From the human T2T-CHM13v2.0 reference genome, Homo sapiens: 64,000 nucleotides of DNA. Below the pieces are notes generated by a model. The model was not told where the DNA came from. It worked only from the letters and a program-made list of their open reading frames with translations, and did not search any database. The stretch is from assembly GCF_009914755.1 (NCBI RefSeq), contig NC_060943.1. One strand, 5' to 3'. The position numbers and the translations under genes were made by a program. Below, one piece after another: positions 1 through 15,627 of this stretch. Positions within the stretch are counted from its first letter, which is position 1. Each line of letters opens with the position of its first letter.

Positions 1-14
1 TTTGTTACCTTGTG

Positions 15-880
15 TCAGACTATGTTGTTCTTCTGCTCAAAATTCTCTGTGACTTATTTTACATAGAGTAAAATCCACTTAATGTGGCTGACAGAGTCTT
101 ACACGGTGTGCTTTTCATCCCCCACTACCTCTCTAAATATATCTTCTATACTCTCTTTCTGTGAATTCCAGCCACATTGTCCTCCCTCTTGCTTTTCAGA
201 CCTATCAAGGATGCTTCTGCCTCACAACCCTGTGTGTTCTTCCCTCTGCCTGAAATAATCTTTTACCTATAATCCTTCTGGTCCCTTCTTCATTCATTTC
301 TTTGCTCAGTTTTAGTATTATAAGAAAGGCCTCGGCCGGGCACGGTGGCTTGCGCCTGTAATCCCAGCACTTCGCGAGGCTGAGGTGGGCAGATCAATCA
401 TGAGGTCAGGAGATCGAGACCAACCTGGCTAACACGGTGAAACCCTGTCTCTACTAAAAATACAAAAAATCAGCTGGGCGTGGTGGTGGGTGCCTGTAGT
501 CCCAGCTACTCGGCAGGCTGAGGCAGAATGGTGTGAACCCAGGAGGCAGAGGTTGCAGTGAGCTGAGATCGTGCCACTGCACTCCAGCCTGGGCGATAGA
601 GCGAGACTGTCTCAAGAAAAAAAAAAAGAAAGGCCTCCTCTGACCACCCTATTAAAAATACATTCTCTCCATTTACTCTCTGTGCACTGCCTTATATTGT
701 GTGTAAGCACTGATTATCACCTCATATATGTTTTTGTTTAGTGACGTTTGTCTCCTCACTGGAGTGTAATCTCCAGGAGTGGAGGAATGTTATCTATTTG
801 CTTCTGTCTCCTCAGTGCTTAGAATAGTCCTAGTATATGGCAGAGACACTATAAATATTAGTTGAATAAATGAGTTAATG
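15..880 (+). mobile_element. L2 LINE 3' region, interrupted by an Alu
   Basis: L2-like 3' end ...cagtgcttagaatagtcctagtatatggcagagacactataaatattagttgaataaatga. Confidence 0.65.
334..625 (+). mobile_element. Alu (AluY-like)
   Basis: Full dimer; TSD aagaaaggcctc at 322-333 and 626-637. Confidence 0.95.
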
Positions 881-997
881 GAAATCTGTCTTCCATGGAG
901 GTAACTAATAGGTGGTGAACAAATCAGCATAAATAAGGGATATTGCAAAATATTTTTTGTCTTCTAATGAATTCCTAACCTAATTCTAATTTCTCTT

Positions 998-1024
<27 letters not shown>
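998..1024 (+). repeat. (TG)13 microsatellite
   Basis: Read directly. Confidence 0.95.
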
Positions 1025-1028
<4 letters not shown>

Positions 1029-1841
1029 ATGTGTTTGCCTGTCTGTACAAGTTGACCCATATCTTGGGGAACCTATAGTGTCATAGTTGTAACCAAACTG
1101 AATAACATGCTTTGTTTATGACTTTCTTTGAGCATTTGTAGCAGAGCATATTCATTCGGGGAGGGAATATTTTACAATAAGGACTTTTATTTCTATTTCT
1201 TAGGTATTCCCCCATAGAAGGGAATAAAATTCGATTTCCTTATCCATTATATCAGGAAAGAAAAAGTAAAACTAAAAACCAGGACATGAGCATTAGCCTT
1301 TCCCTCAAAATGTTTGCACAGTTGCATCCCATTTGCTTCTTCCAAAGTCCACATTCATAAAAAGAAATGGATCTTACATTGTTGCCTCTCAAACATTTAT
1401 ATCGTGTAGGCTTATATGTATGTCTTTAGAAGGCCTTTTATGTAATGACACCATTACTGCTTGTGATTATTCTGATATGATACTTTATCTGTTTTTTTTT
1501 CCTAAATATCACAAGCTATTAAATTTATTTCACAATTGACTAGTAGACCACTTTGTCAATTTGGAAAACATTCTTGTTAAAGACAAACATATCTACATCC
1601 AGAAACTTTCTATACCTTGCTTTCAAAGAGACAGCATTCTTTGCTAGCCTTCCAATTTTGACTCAGTGCAAAAGCCTTAGAAGGATCCAGTGCATAGGTC
1701 TTCATGCTTTCCTTTCACCCCAAGTGATTATCAACTTTGATTTTTCTCTTCAGCAATAACTCACTTGGTGTACCCCTACCTCAGGTACAGCTTTTCAACT
1801 TTGCAGCAAAACTGTACTTTCTAGTTCTTTTTGTATTTCAG

Positions 1842-1891
1842 ATACCTTACTTGTAAAAGCTCTTTTGCTCTATGACCTGGCTCAAACTTAA
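1842..1891 (+). CDS. ZNF226: Alternative terminal coding exon of ZNF226 (KRAB-only short isoform), encodes (D)TLLVKALLLYDLAQT*
   Basis: Polypyrimidine tract and acceptor ttctttttgtatttcag| ending at 1841; in phase 1 (same as the ZF exon) it reads G|AT ACC TTA CTT...ACT TAA (stop 1889-1891); AATAAA at 2088-2093 followed by GT/T-rich sequence. Matches my recollection of a short ZNF226 isoform. Confidence 0.7.
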
Positions 1892-2087
1892 ACTTGGATT
1901 TGAAGTTAGAAGAAATGTTGGAAGTCATTTATATATGAAGAAATGTTGGAAGGACTCATATATGCATACATTCCTTGAGTGACTATGAATGACTGCCGGG
2001 CAGTAACTTCTGGGCTGTGGTTGTAAACTGTGAGCACTACAAAATGTTTTTCCTTATTGATACCATATTATGGTAGGAAAGACATGG

Positions 2088-2093
2088 AATAAA
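2088..2093 (+). terminator. Polyadenylation signal for the short ZNF226 terminal exon
   Basis: AATAAA followed by gtatgtcagtagttgtgtttttaaatgggttt (GU/U-rich downstream element). Confidence 0.6.
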
Positions 2094-2297
2094 AAATTTA
2101 GATAGTATGTCAGTAGTTGTGTTTTTAAATGGGTTTCATTAGTGCTTAGCAATTGGGAGCTTGGTGGACCATCTCTTGGTTTTGGACCATCTCTTGGTTT
2201 CTGTCAGTATGTAAACCAGAAACTTCAAATGTGTCACAAAAGATGAGCAGAACTATCCCGAGGTTCATTAAAGTCTTTTACTCTGTCCTCAGTGTGA

Positions 2298-4532
<2,235 letters not shown>

Positions 4533-5739
4533 TTCTTTGTGAAGACTCGTGTCATTTGAATTCTTCCAGTTATCAAGTCTCAAAGTCAGTGTTTCAGCCG
4601 TAGCTCCTCATGTCCCAGTGGTCCAAAGACAACAAAACAATCTTTATGATTAGCATAGCAAGGGCTTCTTTAGTCAGAACCTTGACCTTTATAAAATGTT
4701 ACTTAGAAGAGGGGTGTTAAGAGTGAAATTTTTCTCAGGCCTTTTATAAAAGTATCATGGTGGACATGCCAAAATTAAGTGTCCACTAGAATGTTAACTC
4801 CATAAAGACAGAAACTTTGTTCACTACTGAATCTACATAATCTTACCATTGCCATATACTTCACAGGTGCTCAATATTTGTTAATAGGTCCTTTTTGAAA
4901 ATTATGTTGAGATCACCTGCAGAATATCATGAATTTGTAAACAGGAAACCTGAAAGTAGCCTTAATAAGATTAAGTCGGGAGACCATTGAAATGTAGAAA
5001 ACCACTCAATACTGAACTCCCCAATGTTAATTTGGCATTGTCTTGTGATTAGATCCTGTCCTCCTTTAGCCTCACTAATCAAGTTGGGTCCTATCTTCCC
5101 AGATGTCTAGTTTTCTACTGGTTTTATACCATATAGATTCAATTATCTTTTGTAACAGATAATTGTGTTCATCTTGTAATAACTGGACACTACATACTAC
5201 ACTTATTTTTTCAACACTGTTAAGGCAGGGGTTTAAGTGTCAGAGTTGCTAATGACACATTTTTTAGTAGATGTTGATCATTGGTTTTTTCACATTTTCA
5301 TTCAGGCTTTGACATGATTGCCTTCTAAGGGCTTTAGCATTACTTTAATCAGAGTTTAGGTTGCGGCTATTGCAGATTTCTTTTGTGAACTTCTCTCCCC
5401 CATATTCTGAGAAAAAGGACAAAATATTAGTTAAAATTTGATAAATTTCATCAAAAATCGATTTTTGGAGCATGACTTTCACCCTTTTTCCTAGTGGTGG
5501 CAGTGAAAAAAATGCTTTTGGAAGAGAAGTTAGTATGTATCAGAATATAGAATGTGCATCTCTTTTTTCTGGAATTCATAGAATAGGAATTTTTGATTAG
5601 GAGATTCAAGTAGAAAATGTAAGTAGCACATCAGTGTTAATGAATTTTGTAAAAATAGAAATAATTTTTTATATACTACAGTAAAAAGGATCCTTGAAAA
5701 TGATGACCAAATTTTATGACAGAAGAGTGTAACAGTTTA

Positions 5740-6162
<423 letters not shown>

Positions 6163-6658
6163 CTATATTTTAATTTTTTAACTGAGCATCGGTTTTATAG
6201 TAAAATACTGTTATTTTACAGTAACATAGTAAAAATATAATTTAAAAAATTACTAGAATATATTAATCCCTTACAGTTAAGAAATCTTGTGTCATCATAT
6301 AGCATATAAGGCCAAAATTAAAGAATGGAACTCTGGAAATCAATTATAAAAACTTGTATGGTGGTTCAAAGATACAGATGCATTGGTAAGAGTGAATATA
6401 TATTTGCAGTGAATGCATTTGAAGCTGCTTCTTAGGTACAAATCTATGCAATCAATACAGTTTTAATGTAATTCCAGTAGTAGGAATGCTTCTTAATTCT
6501 TGACAGACTTACTCACTGGCTGAATGGATAGATAACCCAGGGCACTGGCTTGTCTTTTCAAGTGCTTGGTCTGATTGGGGGAAATGGCTGGGCCTTTCTA
6601 GGTACTGTATGGCAAGGAAAATCGAGCTGTGGAAAAAAGGAATAATAAAATTTACAGA

Positions 6659-6970
6659 GGCCAGGTGCGGTTGCTCGTGCCTCTAATCCCAGCACTTTGG
6701 ATGGCTGAGGCAGGTGGATCACCTGAGGTCAGGAGTTTGAGCCCAACCTGGCCAACATGGTGAAACTCCATCACTATTAAAAAAAAATACAAAAACTAGT
6801 CGGGTGAGGTGATGGGCGCCTGTAATTCCAGCTACTCAGGAGTCTGAGGCAGAAGAATCATTTGAACCCAGGAGGTGGAGGTTGCAGTGAGCTGCGATCG
6901 TGCCACTGCACTCTAGCCTGGGTGACAGAGCAAGACTCTGTCTCAAAAAAAAAAAAAAAAAAAAAAAAAA
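6659..6970 (+). mobile_element. Alu (AluS)
   Basis: Alu dimer with long A-tail. Confidence 0.92.
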
Positions 6971-7402
6971 CCCAAGAAGGTGAGGGCAAATTCAGAAGCT
7001 ATAGAGTGGAAATATGTAATTTTTGAGGTAAAATTTAACAAAGATTCCCTGAGGAAAAGATGTGCGTAGGGAGAGAACAGCATGATGCCAGTGAAAACAA
7101 ACTGGGAACAGGCAGTTAAGCAGGATCGAATACCATTTCTTTCTTAGGCGTTTCTGTGACATTTAAAGCTTATTTGGTTAAAGGCTTTACTCAGCAAAGG
7201 ATATATCTGTGAGGTTTCCACAATTTTCTCTATTTGGATTACAATTCCTGTTGTTCCTGGACTGCATCTTCACATGCTAAGTATGTAAAGTCCATGATAC
7301 CTCAAGTTGTGTTAGATATCAGAAATCCTGAGTCTTCGATGTTTAGTTTGCTCTTAGATATCAGGATAGCCCACCAACTCTCAGTAGCTTAGTGAGTTAA
7401 GT

Positions 7403-7610
7403 CAGGGGTCAAAAAACTACCCCCTGTGGGCCCAATCCAGCCCACTTCCTTAAAGGTTTATTAGAATATAGCAATGCCTGTGTTTTAGTGTATTATCTAT
7501 GCTTTCTTGCTGCAGTGTCAAAATTTAGTAGTTGTGACAAAAACTATGGACCACAAAATCTAAAATATGTGCTTTCTGGCCCTTTACAGAAAAACGTGTA
7601 CTAAGCCTTA
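7403..7610 (+). mobile_element. MER58A-like hAT DNA transposon MITE
   Basis: caggggtcaaaaaactac...ctggccctttacagaaaa resembles MER58. Confidence 0.7.
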
Positions 7611-7951
7611 TGTTAAACCAAATGATTTGTCTCCCATAACTTAAAAAAGACCCCAGGTAGAGCAGGACTTAGACCTGCTTCTGTCAGGATTCCAAAATGA
7701 TTTTTTTTGATTCTCATATCTGCCCTTCTGGTTAACCCTGGTCTTTAGGTTCAAGATGGGGCTAGCAACCAGGGAGCACCTATCTTTTCTTTTCAGTCAG
7801 TGGAAGGGAGGTGCTCTTTCATTTGTAGTGTTAGGTAGTTTACTACTCACAGTGTTTGTGGCTCCTCTGGCCTTGATTCTCATCTACACTCAAGATTAGA
7901 CAGCTAGTTGTGTGTCCAGTTCTTTTGGCCTTTGTGAACTATCAAGTTTCA

Positions 7952-8250
<299 letters not shown>

Positions 8251-9071
8251 TAAGTTTCATCTCTCCCTTGCACCATGGACTCAACTTCCCTATTTTGAGC
8301 CTCCAGGAGATTTTTCTATCTTAGCTTTTAGCTTGGCTGCATATTAACATTTGGGAGAATTTGTTATATATTATCAGGATTCCTTTGTTTTTGAGAAAGA
8401 GGGATGCAAAGCCAAAATCAGCGGCTGAATGACAACACATTTAATTCAGAACTTTTAGGGTGTCTTATGTCACAAGGCATCAATGAGAAGGAATGGAATC
8501 CTGAAAAATTTGGGAACAGATGAGCAGATTCCAACAAAGCTGAGGGTTTTGCTCAATCTAGCTGAGCATCTCTTGCCGTTAGAAGGAGCCCTTCTTCCTC
8601 TATTTGAAGTCAGTCTCCCTTGCCTGAAAAGCCTGTGATGACCTTCCCTGAGATGGTTTCCTTGCAAAAGGCTTTAGATCCTCAAGACTTGCTTCCACTA
8701 CCTCTCATTTTTCTAGACCAATAATGAAACTCGGGTCTTCACAGACAATGGGAGGAGTCACCAAGTAGAAAATACGACCATGAGGAGATACATCGCCAAA
8801 GTAAGGATTTTTGTAATTTATATCAATAGAAACCTGAGAAATAGATATGGTTGTAGATCTTACCAGTGTTGAATCAGGTGGAAATAATACAATGATGGAT
8901 TAGGCTGGATTTGCTGATATGGGTGTAGTGAACAGTGATTCCAGACCCACTGTTAGCTTGAGCACCTGGGAATAGTTTCAACAGTTTTCTCAGTTGTATG
9001 AAACTTGGATGCAAAAACGTTAGCCTACCCTAAAGTAAAAAAAAGCCAGAACTTTGTAAGTATGTTATAGA

Positions 9072-9329
9072 ATTTCTCGACCTTGGCACAACTGACATTT
9101 TGGACTGGATAGCTCTGTTAGGGGATGCTCTATGCATTGTAGGATGTTTAGCAGCATCCTTGGCCTCTAGCCACTAGATGCCAGTAGCACACGTGATGCG
9201 CGCGCGCGCGTGCATACACACACACACACACAAACACACACACCTCAGTTATAACAAGCAAAAATGTCTCCAGACACTGCCAGACAGCAGTGCGGGGGTT
9301 TGGAAATTGTCCCCAACTGAGAACCAGTG
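9072..9329. mobile_element. MER20 hAT MITE containing a (CG)n(CA)n microsatellite
   Basis: gcattgtaggatgtttagcagcatcc...aaatgtctccagacactgcca...gagaaccagtg. Confidence 0.8.
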
Positions 9330-10806
9330 TTATAGAACATATACAGAGACATAGGAATGCCAGAATGCTGGAGTGGATGTATGTAAAGCCTTACTCAACC
9401 CTTGTACTCTGGGAAGATTCGGAAGACACTCTTTGCCAAGGACTTGAGAAGTTCATTGGCGAGAGGAGCATTGGCAGTTTGGGAGAGCTCTGTAGTAACT
9501 CTTCTCGGCAGACCAGGAATGGGAGAGGAAAATTGTGACATTGAAATGGGCTTTAAAAAAAAATTCAATGAGGATGATGGGATCCTGGAGCATTAGGGGT
9601 CAAGTGGAGGCACTTTACTGGTAGAGACAAAATGAGTGCGTTTATCACAATGATCAGCAAAGTCAAAGGGATTATCAGAGATCTTTGCATTTGTTCATAG
9701 ATTGTGGTGTCCCTCTGGCTGAAATAGACCAGAAGCCTACTGAATCCCTGCTTGATTTGAATAAGTGGAAAGACTCTGGGTCTGGTAAATCAACATGAGA
9801 GAGAATTGTGGCCTCTAAGGCAATTACATAATGTGAATGAGTTCTCATTCCCAGAACACCTTGAATGAAGTGTAGGTCAAGTCTTCTTGAGAAAGTACAC
9901 TGATACGCTGCCGAAACTGACTTATACTACCATAAATCATCCTGCACTTCTGCAAAGTGACTTGGCAACCATATTTAATGGAGCTGTGATTAGGTAATTG
10001 GAAACAGCCTGAATATGGAGGGATTGATTACTGGTCACTAGAGCTGAATTGACATTAACTCTGAGAACCCTAAAATGTCACTGTAGCCCACCAGGTAGCA
10101 GAAGGGCTTATAGAGGATGAATAATTAATGAATGTTTTTGCTTAGGCCCGTTTGTGGTGGTCTGAATGGAGCCCTGAACTCATCCTCTGATTATTTCCCA
10201 AGTTTCAGAATGCAGAATTGCACCAGCTGCATTCAATAGCTGACAGAATCCTCATACTGAATGTTCCCTGATCCATGGAAAGAGGGCTATTTTGCCAAGG
10301 ACAAACACTATAAATGCTTTGTATGTGCCAAAAAAAATGATAACCTGAAAGCAAAACCACATTCATGGAGGAATTGCAGAGGTTAGTGCCACTAGCAGTA
10401 TCTTGAAAGTTGCAAGGGTTATGGTTCTATCACATCCTGATTCAACCCTGGTGATCAATAGGGTGACAGATGTTGCAGCCAGATCACCTTCATGTTCATA
10501 TGCTGATTGATTCACTCAATTGACGTGTGCAGAGATACTTATATCCTAGAGAATTACATGAAATTATTTGAAATTTAATTAGAAATTGACTTCATTTGCA
10601 GTTCCAGATGTGGTTTTATTTCTACAGCAAATCAACATGTCTGCTGGCACCTGATATAGAGAGCCACCAAGCCAATATGTGCCTTTTTCTCTATACCTGC
10701 CTGTAAATGTCATCCACAGAAGTTTAGTTTGGTAGGGCCATCAATACACTTTTAAGGTCCCAGCTCAGTTCTGTATCTACTTTCCAGTATTTTTCACAAT
10801 TTACCC

Positions 10807-11025
10807 AGGGATTGGTAAACTATGTTTCATGGACTAAATCTCCTGCAACTTGTTTTTATAAATTGTCTCATTGAAGCATAACCATAACCAGTTTTTACAT
10901 ATTACCCAGGAGTGCTTTTATGCTAAAATGACAGTGTTGAGTAGTTAGGCCACAGAGATCATGTGATCTGCAATGCCTAAAATATTTACTGCCCGGCTCT
11001 TTACAGAAATAACTTTCTGACCCCT
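10807..11025 (+). mobile_element. MER58A-like MITE
   Basis: cagggattggtaaacta...ctttacagaaataactttctgacccctg termini. Confidence 0.7.
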
Positions 11026-11158
11026 GCTCTACTCTGTAGATACAATGCTGATTGTACTTTCTAAGCAGAAAGAAGCAATTACAATAGACATTTTGGTTAG
11101 AAGATGGATAATACAAAAATTCAGGAGCTGGCCATGTTCATTAGATTCCTAGAGGACT

Positions 11159-11450
11159 GGCCGGGTGCGGTTGCTCATGCCTGTAATCCCAGCACTTTGG
11201 GAGGCCGAGGCAGGTGGATCACGAGGTCAGGGGTTCAAGACCAGCCTGGCCAGGATGGTGAAACCCTGTCTCTACTAAAAATACAAAAATTAGCCGGGTG
11301 TGGTGGCGGGCGCCTATAATCCCAGCTGTTCAGGAGGCTGAGGCAGAGAACTGCTTGAATCCGGGAGGCGGTGGAGGTTGCAGTGAGCCGAGATTGCGCC
11401 ACTGCACTCCAGCTTGGGTGACAGAGCGAGACTCCATTAAAAAAAAAAAA
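11159..11450 (+). mobile_element. Alu (AluS)
   Basis: Dimer; degenerate TSD agattcctagaggac / agatttctaaaggac. Confidence 0.93.
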
Positions 11451-11599
11451 AGATTTCTAAAGGACCAGTGGTATCGGATATTCCAAGATACCTGTTCCAA
11501 AGTGAAGAGCAAATAGCTGCATATGACCCTTCTAAAACCACCAGGGAAGAGACACAATGACTACTAGGATTCTTAGTGAGTTTTGTATGTGTGTGCTTC

Positions 11600-14500
11600 A
11601 CTTTAAACATTTATTATGGTACAAAAACACATAACACTAAATTTACCATCTTAACCATATTTTATCTTAACATTTTTAAGTGTACAATTCATTAGTGTAA
11701 ATTGTATTCATATTATGCAACAGATCTATAGAACTTTTCATCTCACAGCACTGAAAATCTATACCAGTTAGATACTATTTCCTCCCCCCTCCTCCCAGCC
11801 CCTGGTAACTACCTTTCTAAATTTTGTTCCTATAATTTTGACTACTTTAGATACTTCATGAGTAGACTCTTACAGTATTTGCCCTTTTGTGATTTGCTTA
11901 TTTCACTTAGCATAATGTTCTCGAGGTTGATTAATGTCGTGCCATGTGGCAGGATTTTCTTCTTTTTAAAGGCTGCATAATATTGCATTGTCTGTGTACA
12001 GCACATTTTCTTTATCCATTCTTCTGTCAATGGACAGTTGGATTGCTTCTACATCTTGGCTATAATGCTGTGATGAATATCTATTCCTTTGAGATCCTGC
12101 TTTGAGTTCTTTTGGATATATACCCGGAAGTGGGATTGCTGGATTATCCAGTAATTCTATTTTTAATTTTTTGAGGAGCCTCCATATTATTTTCCATAAT
12201 GGCTATACCATTTTACATTTCCACCAACAGTGCACAGGTCTTCCAACGTTACATCCTTGACAACACTTGTTATTTTTCTCTTCCTTTACCAGTGACCACA
12301 ATAGTGGGTGTGAGGTGATATCTCATTACAGTTTTGATTTGCATTTTCTAAAAGATTCATGATATTGAACATCTTTTCATGTACTTATTGACAATTTATG
12401 TATCTTCTCTGGACATGTGTGTTTAAGAACTTTGCCCATTTCTTTCATTGGATTATTTGGGGTTTTTTTGTTGTTGTTGTTATAGAGTTGTAGAAGTTTC
12501 TTATATAATCTGGATATTAACCCTTTATCAGATATATAACTTGCAATTTTCCTCCATTCTGCAGGCTACCTTTTCACTCTGTTGATTGTTTCTTTTGATG
12601 CACAGAAGTTTTTGAGTTTGATATAATCCCATTTGTCTATTTTTCTTTCCATTATCTGTGCTTTTGTTGTGATAGCCAAGAAATAATTGCCAAATCTAAT
12701 GTTCTGAAGGTTTTCCTTTATATTTTCTTCTAGGATTTTAACAGTTTTAGGTCTTACATTTAGGCCTTTAATCCATTTTTATTTAATTTTTGTATACAAT
12801 GTAAGGTAAGGGTCTAACTTTATTCTTTTGCATATGGATATCCAGTTTTCCCATTACCATTTTTTGAAGAGACTGTCCTTTCCTCATTGTGTAATCTTGG
12901 CACTCTTGTCAAAATCATTTGGTTATATATGCAGGGGTTTATTTCTGGGTTCTGTGTTATATTGGTTATATGTCTATATGCCAGTACCACGTCATGTTAA
13001 TTACTGCTGCTTTTGAAGTATGTTTTGAAATTAGGGAGTGTGAGGCATCTGAGATTGCATACAAATTTTAGAATTTTTTTTTCCTATTTCTGAAAAAAAG
13101 TCATTGGGATTTTGATAGTGATTGCATTGAATCTGTAAATCACTTTGTGTAGCATGGAAATTTTAACATTATTAAGTCTTCAAACCCCTGAGTACAGGAT
13201 GAGTTCCCATTTATTTGTATCTTCTTAGATTTCTTCTTTTATTAATAACAATGTTTTGTAGTTTTCAATGTAAAAATATTTCAGTTATTTGATTAAGTTC
13301 TTTCCTCAGTATTTTACCCTTTTTGATGCTATAGTAAATGAAATTTTCTTTTCACGTTGGTGATTGCTAGTATATAGAGATGCAACTGATTTTTTAGTGC
13401 TAACTTTGTATCTTGCAACTTTGCTGAGTTATTAGTTGTAGCTTTTTTGTGTACGTGGGATCTTTCTACATATAAGACCAAGTCATCTGCAAATGGAGAA
13501 AATTTTAATTCTTCTTTCCAATTTGGATGTCTTTTTAAAAACTTTCTGATTGACCTGGCTAGAATATCCAGTACTATGTCAAATAGTAGTGGTAAGTTGG
13601 GCATCCTTGCCTTGTTCCTGATCTTAGAGTAAAAGCTTTCAGTATTTCTCCATTGAATATGATATTAACTGTGGGCTTTTCATATATGGCTGTCATTATA
13701 TTTAGGTACTTTCCTTTCATTTCTAGTTAAGTGGTTTTTTTTTTTTAAATCATGAAAGGCCCTTTATTTTGTTATGTGGTGTATTACATTGATTGATTTT
13801 TATATGTTGAATTATACCAGGTATAAATCTTGCCTGATCATGACCTGTGATTCTTTTAGTGTGCTGTTAAATTTAGTTTGCTAGTGTTTTGTTTAGGATT
13901 TTTGCATCAATATTTATCAGAGATATTGGTCTACAGTTTATTTTCTTGTGTGTCTTTGCTTTTGGTATCAGGTTAATGATGACTTATAGAATGAGTTTGA
14001 GAGTGTTCCTTCCTCTTCACTTCTTTGGAAGAATTTAAGAAGAATTTGTATGTTAATTCTTCTTTAAATATTTGGTAGAATTCTGCAGTGAATCCATCAG
14101 GTCCTAGAGTTTTCTTTCTTAGGAGGCTTTTGATGACTACGTCCAATGCCTCACTAGTTATACACCTGTTCAGTTGTTTTCTTAAAATTTCTTCATGATT
14201 AAGTCTTGATAGGTTGCATATTCCTAGTTTATCCATTTCTTCTAGGTTATCCAATCTGTTGGTGTATTCTTCTTCATAGTAATCTCTTATACTTTTTTTA
14301 TTTCTGTGACATCAGTCATAATGTCTCCTCTTTCATTTCTAATTTTAAATATTTGAGTCTTCTCTTTTTCTTAATCTAGCTAAGAAATTAATTTTAATTA
14401 TTTTTACTAATTAATTTGTCAATTGTGTTAATCTTTTCAAAACAGACTCTTAATTTTCTTTTTAAAAGTTATTTTCTTCTCTCTATTTTCTACTCTAATC

Positions 14501-15627
14501 TTTACTATTTTATTCCTTCCGCTGACTTTTGGTTTGCTTGTTCTTCTTTTCCTATTTCCTTAAAGTATAAGCTTAGGTTGTTGATTTGAGATATTTCTTG
14601 TTTTTAAAGGTAAGTGTTTACCAATATAAATGTCCCTATTTGGATTGCTTTCACTGCATCTCATAAGTTTTGAAATGTTGTATCTCTGTTTTTATTTGTC
14701 TCCTGATGTTTTCTAAATTCCTTTATGATTTATTTTTTGGCCCATTGGTTGTTTAAGCATGCATTGTTTAATTTCCACATATTTGTGGAATTTCTTGTTT
14801 TCCTTCTACTATTAATTTGTAGTTTTATTCCAGTATAGTTAGAGAAGATACTTTGTATAATTTCAGTCTTCCTAAATTTATTAAGACTTGTAATATAGCC
14901 TAACATGGTCTATCTTGGAGAATGTTTCATGCACACTTGAGAAGAATGTGCATTTTACTGTCGTTAGGTGAAGTGTTCTGTATGTATCTGTTAGATCCAG
15001 TTGGTCTTTAGTGTTGTTCAAGTCCTCCGTTTCCTCATTGATCTTCTGTCTAGTTCTATCCATAATTGAAAGTGGGATATTAAAGTATCCTACTATTATT
15101 GTGTTGCTGTTTATTCCCCATTCAGTTCTGTCAATGTTTGTTTTATATATTTGGGCACTCTAATGTTAGGTGCATATATATTTACGTAGCCCTCTGTATC
15201 TGCAGGTTCTGCATCCACAGATTCAACTAATCTTGGATCAAAAATATTTGAAAAGAATGAACCGTTGCATTTGTACTGAATATGTACCAACTTTTTTGGG
15301 TGATTATTCCCTAAACAATACAATATAATGACTATTTGCATGGTATTGACATAATATTAGGAATTATAAATAGCCCAGAGATGATTTAAAGTATATGAGA
15401 GGATGTGCATAGGTTATATGCAAATATTGTGCCATTTTATGTAAGGGACTTGAGTATCCATGGATTTTGGTATCCACAGAGTGTCCTGGAACTAATCCCC
15501 TGTGAATACTGAGGAACAACTGTCATTGTTGTATCTTCCTAGTGAGTTGAACTTTTAATCATTATATGATATCCTTCTTTGTCTCTTGTGACAGTTTTTG
15601 TCTTAAGTCTATTTTGTCTGATATAAA
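11600..15627 (-). mobile_element. Old L1 (L1MA/MB-like), 3' UTR to ORF2 endonuclease region, decayed
   Basis: Minus-strand ORF2 remnants: [53 protein letters not shown]. Confidence 0.85.
15185..15522. mobile_element. MER2 (Tigger-type) MITE inside the L1
   Basis: ccctctgtatctgcaggttctgcatccacagattcaac...atactgaggaacaactg. Confidence 0.75.

Larger units (their letters stand above)
8400..11590 (+). mobile_element. Degenerate ERVL-class internal region (gag, protease, part of RT)
   Basis: Remnant peptides RMLEWMY..WEDSEDT and LARGALAVWESSVVTLL (gag-like); protease-like AELTL..PKCHCSPP..GAYRG near 10030-10120; RT thumb-like remnant near 11520-11580. Confidence 0.7.
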
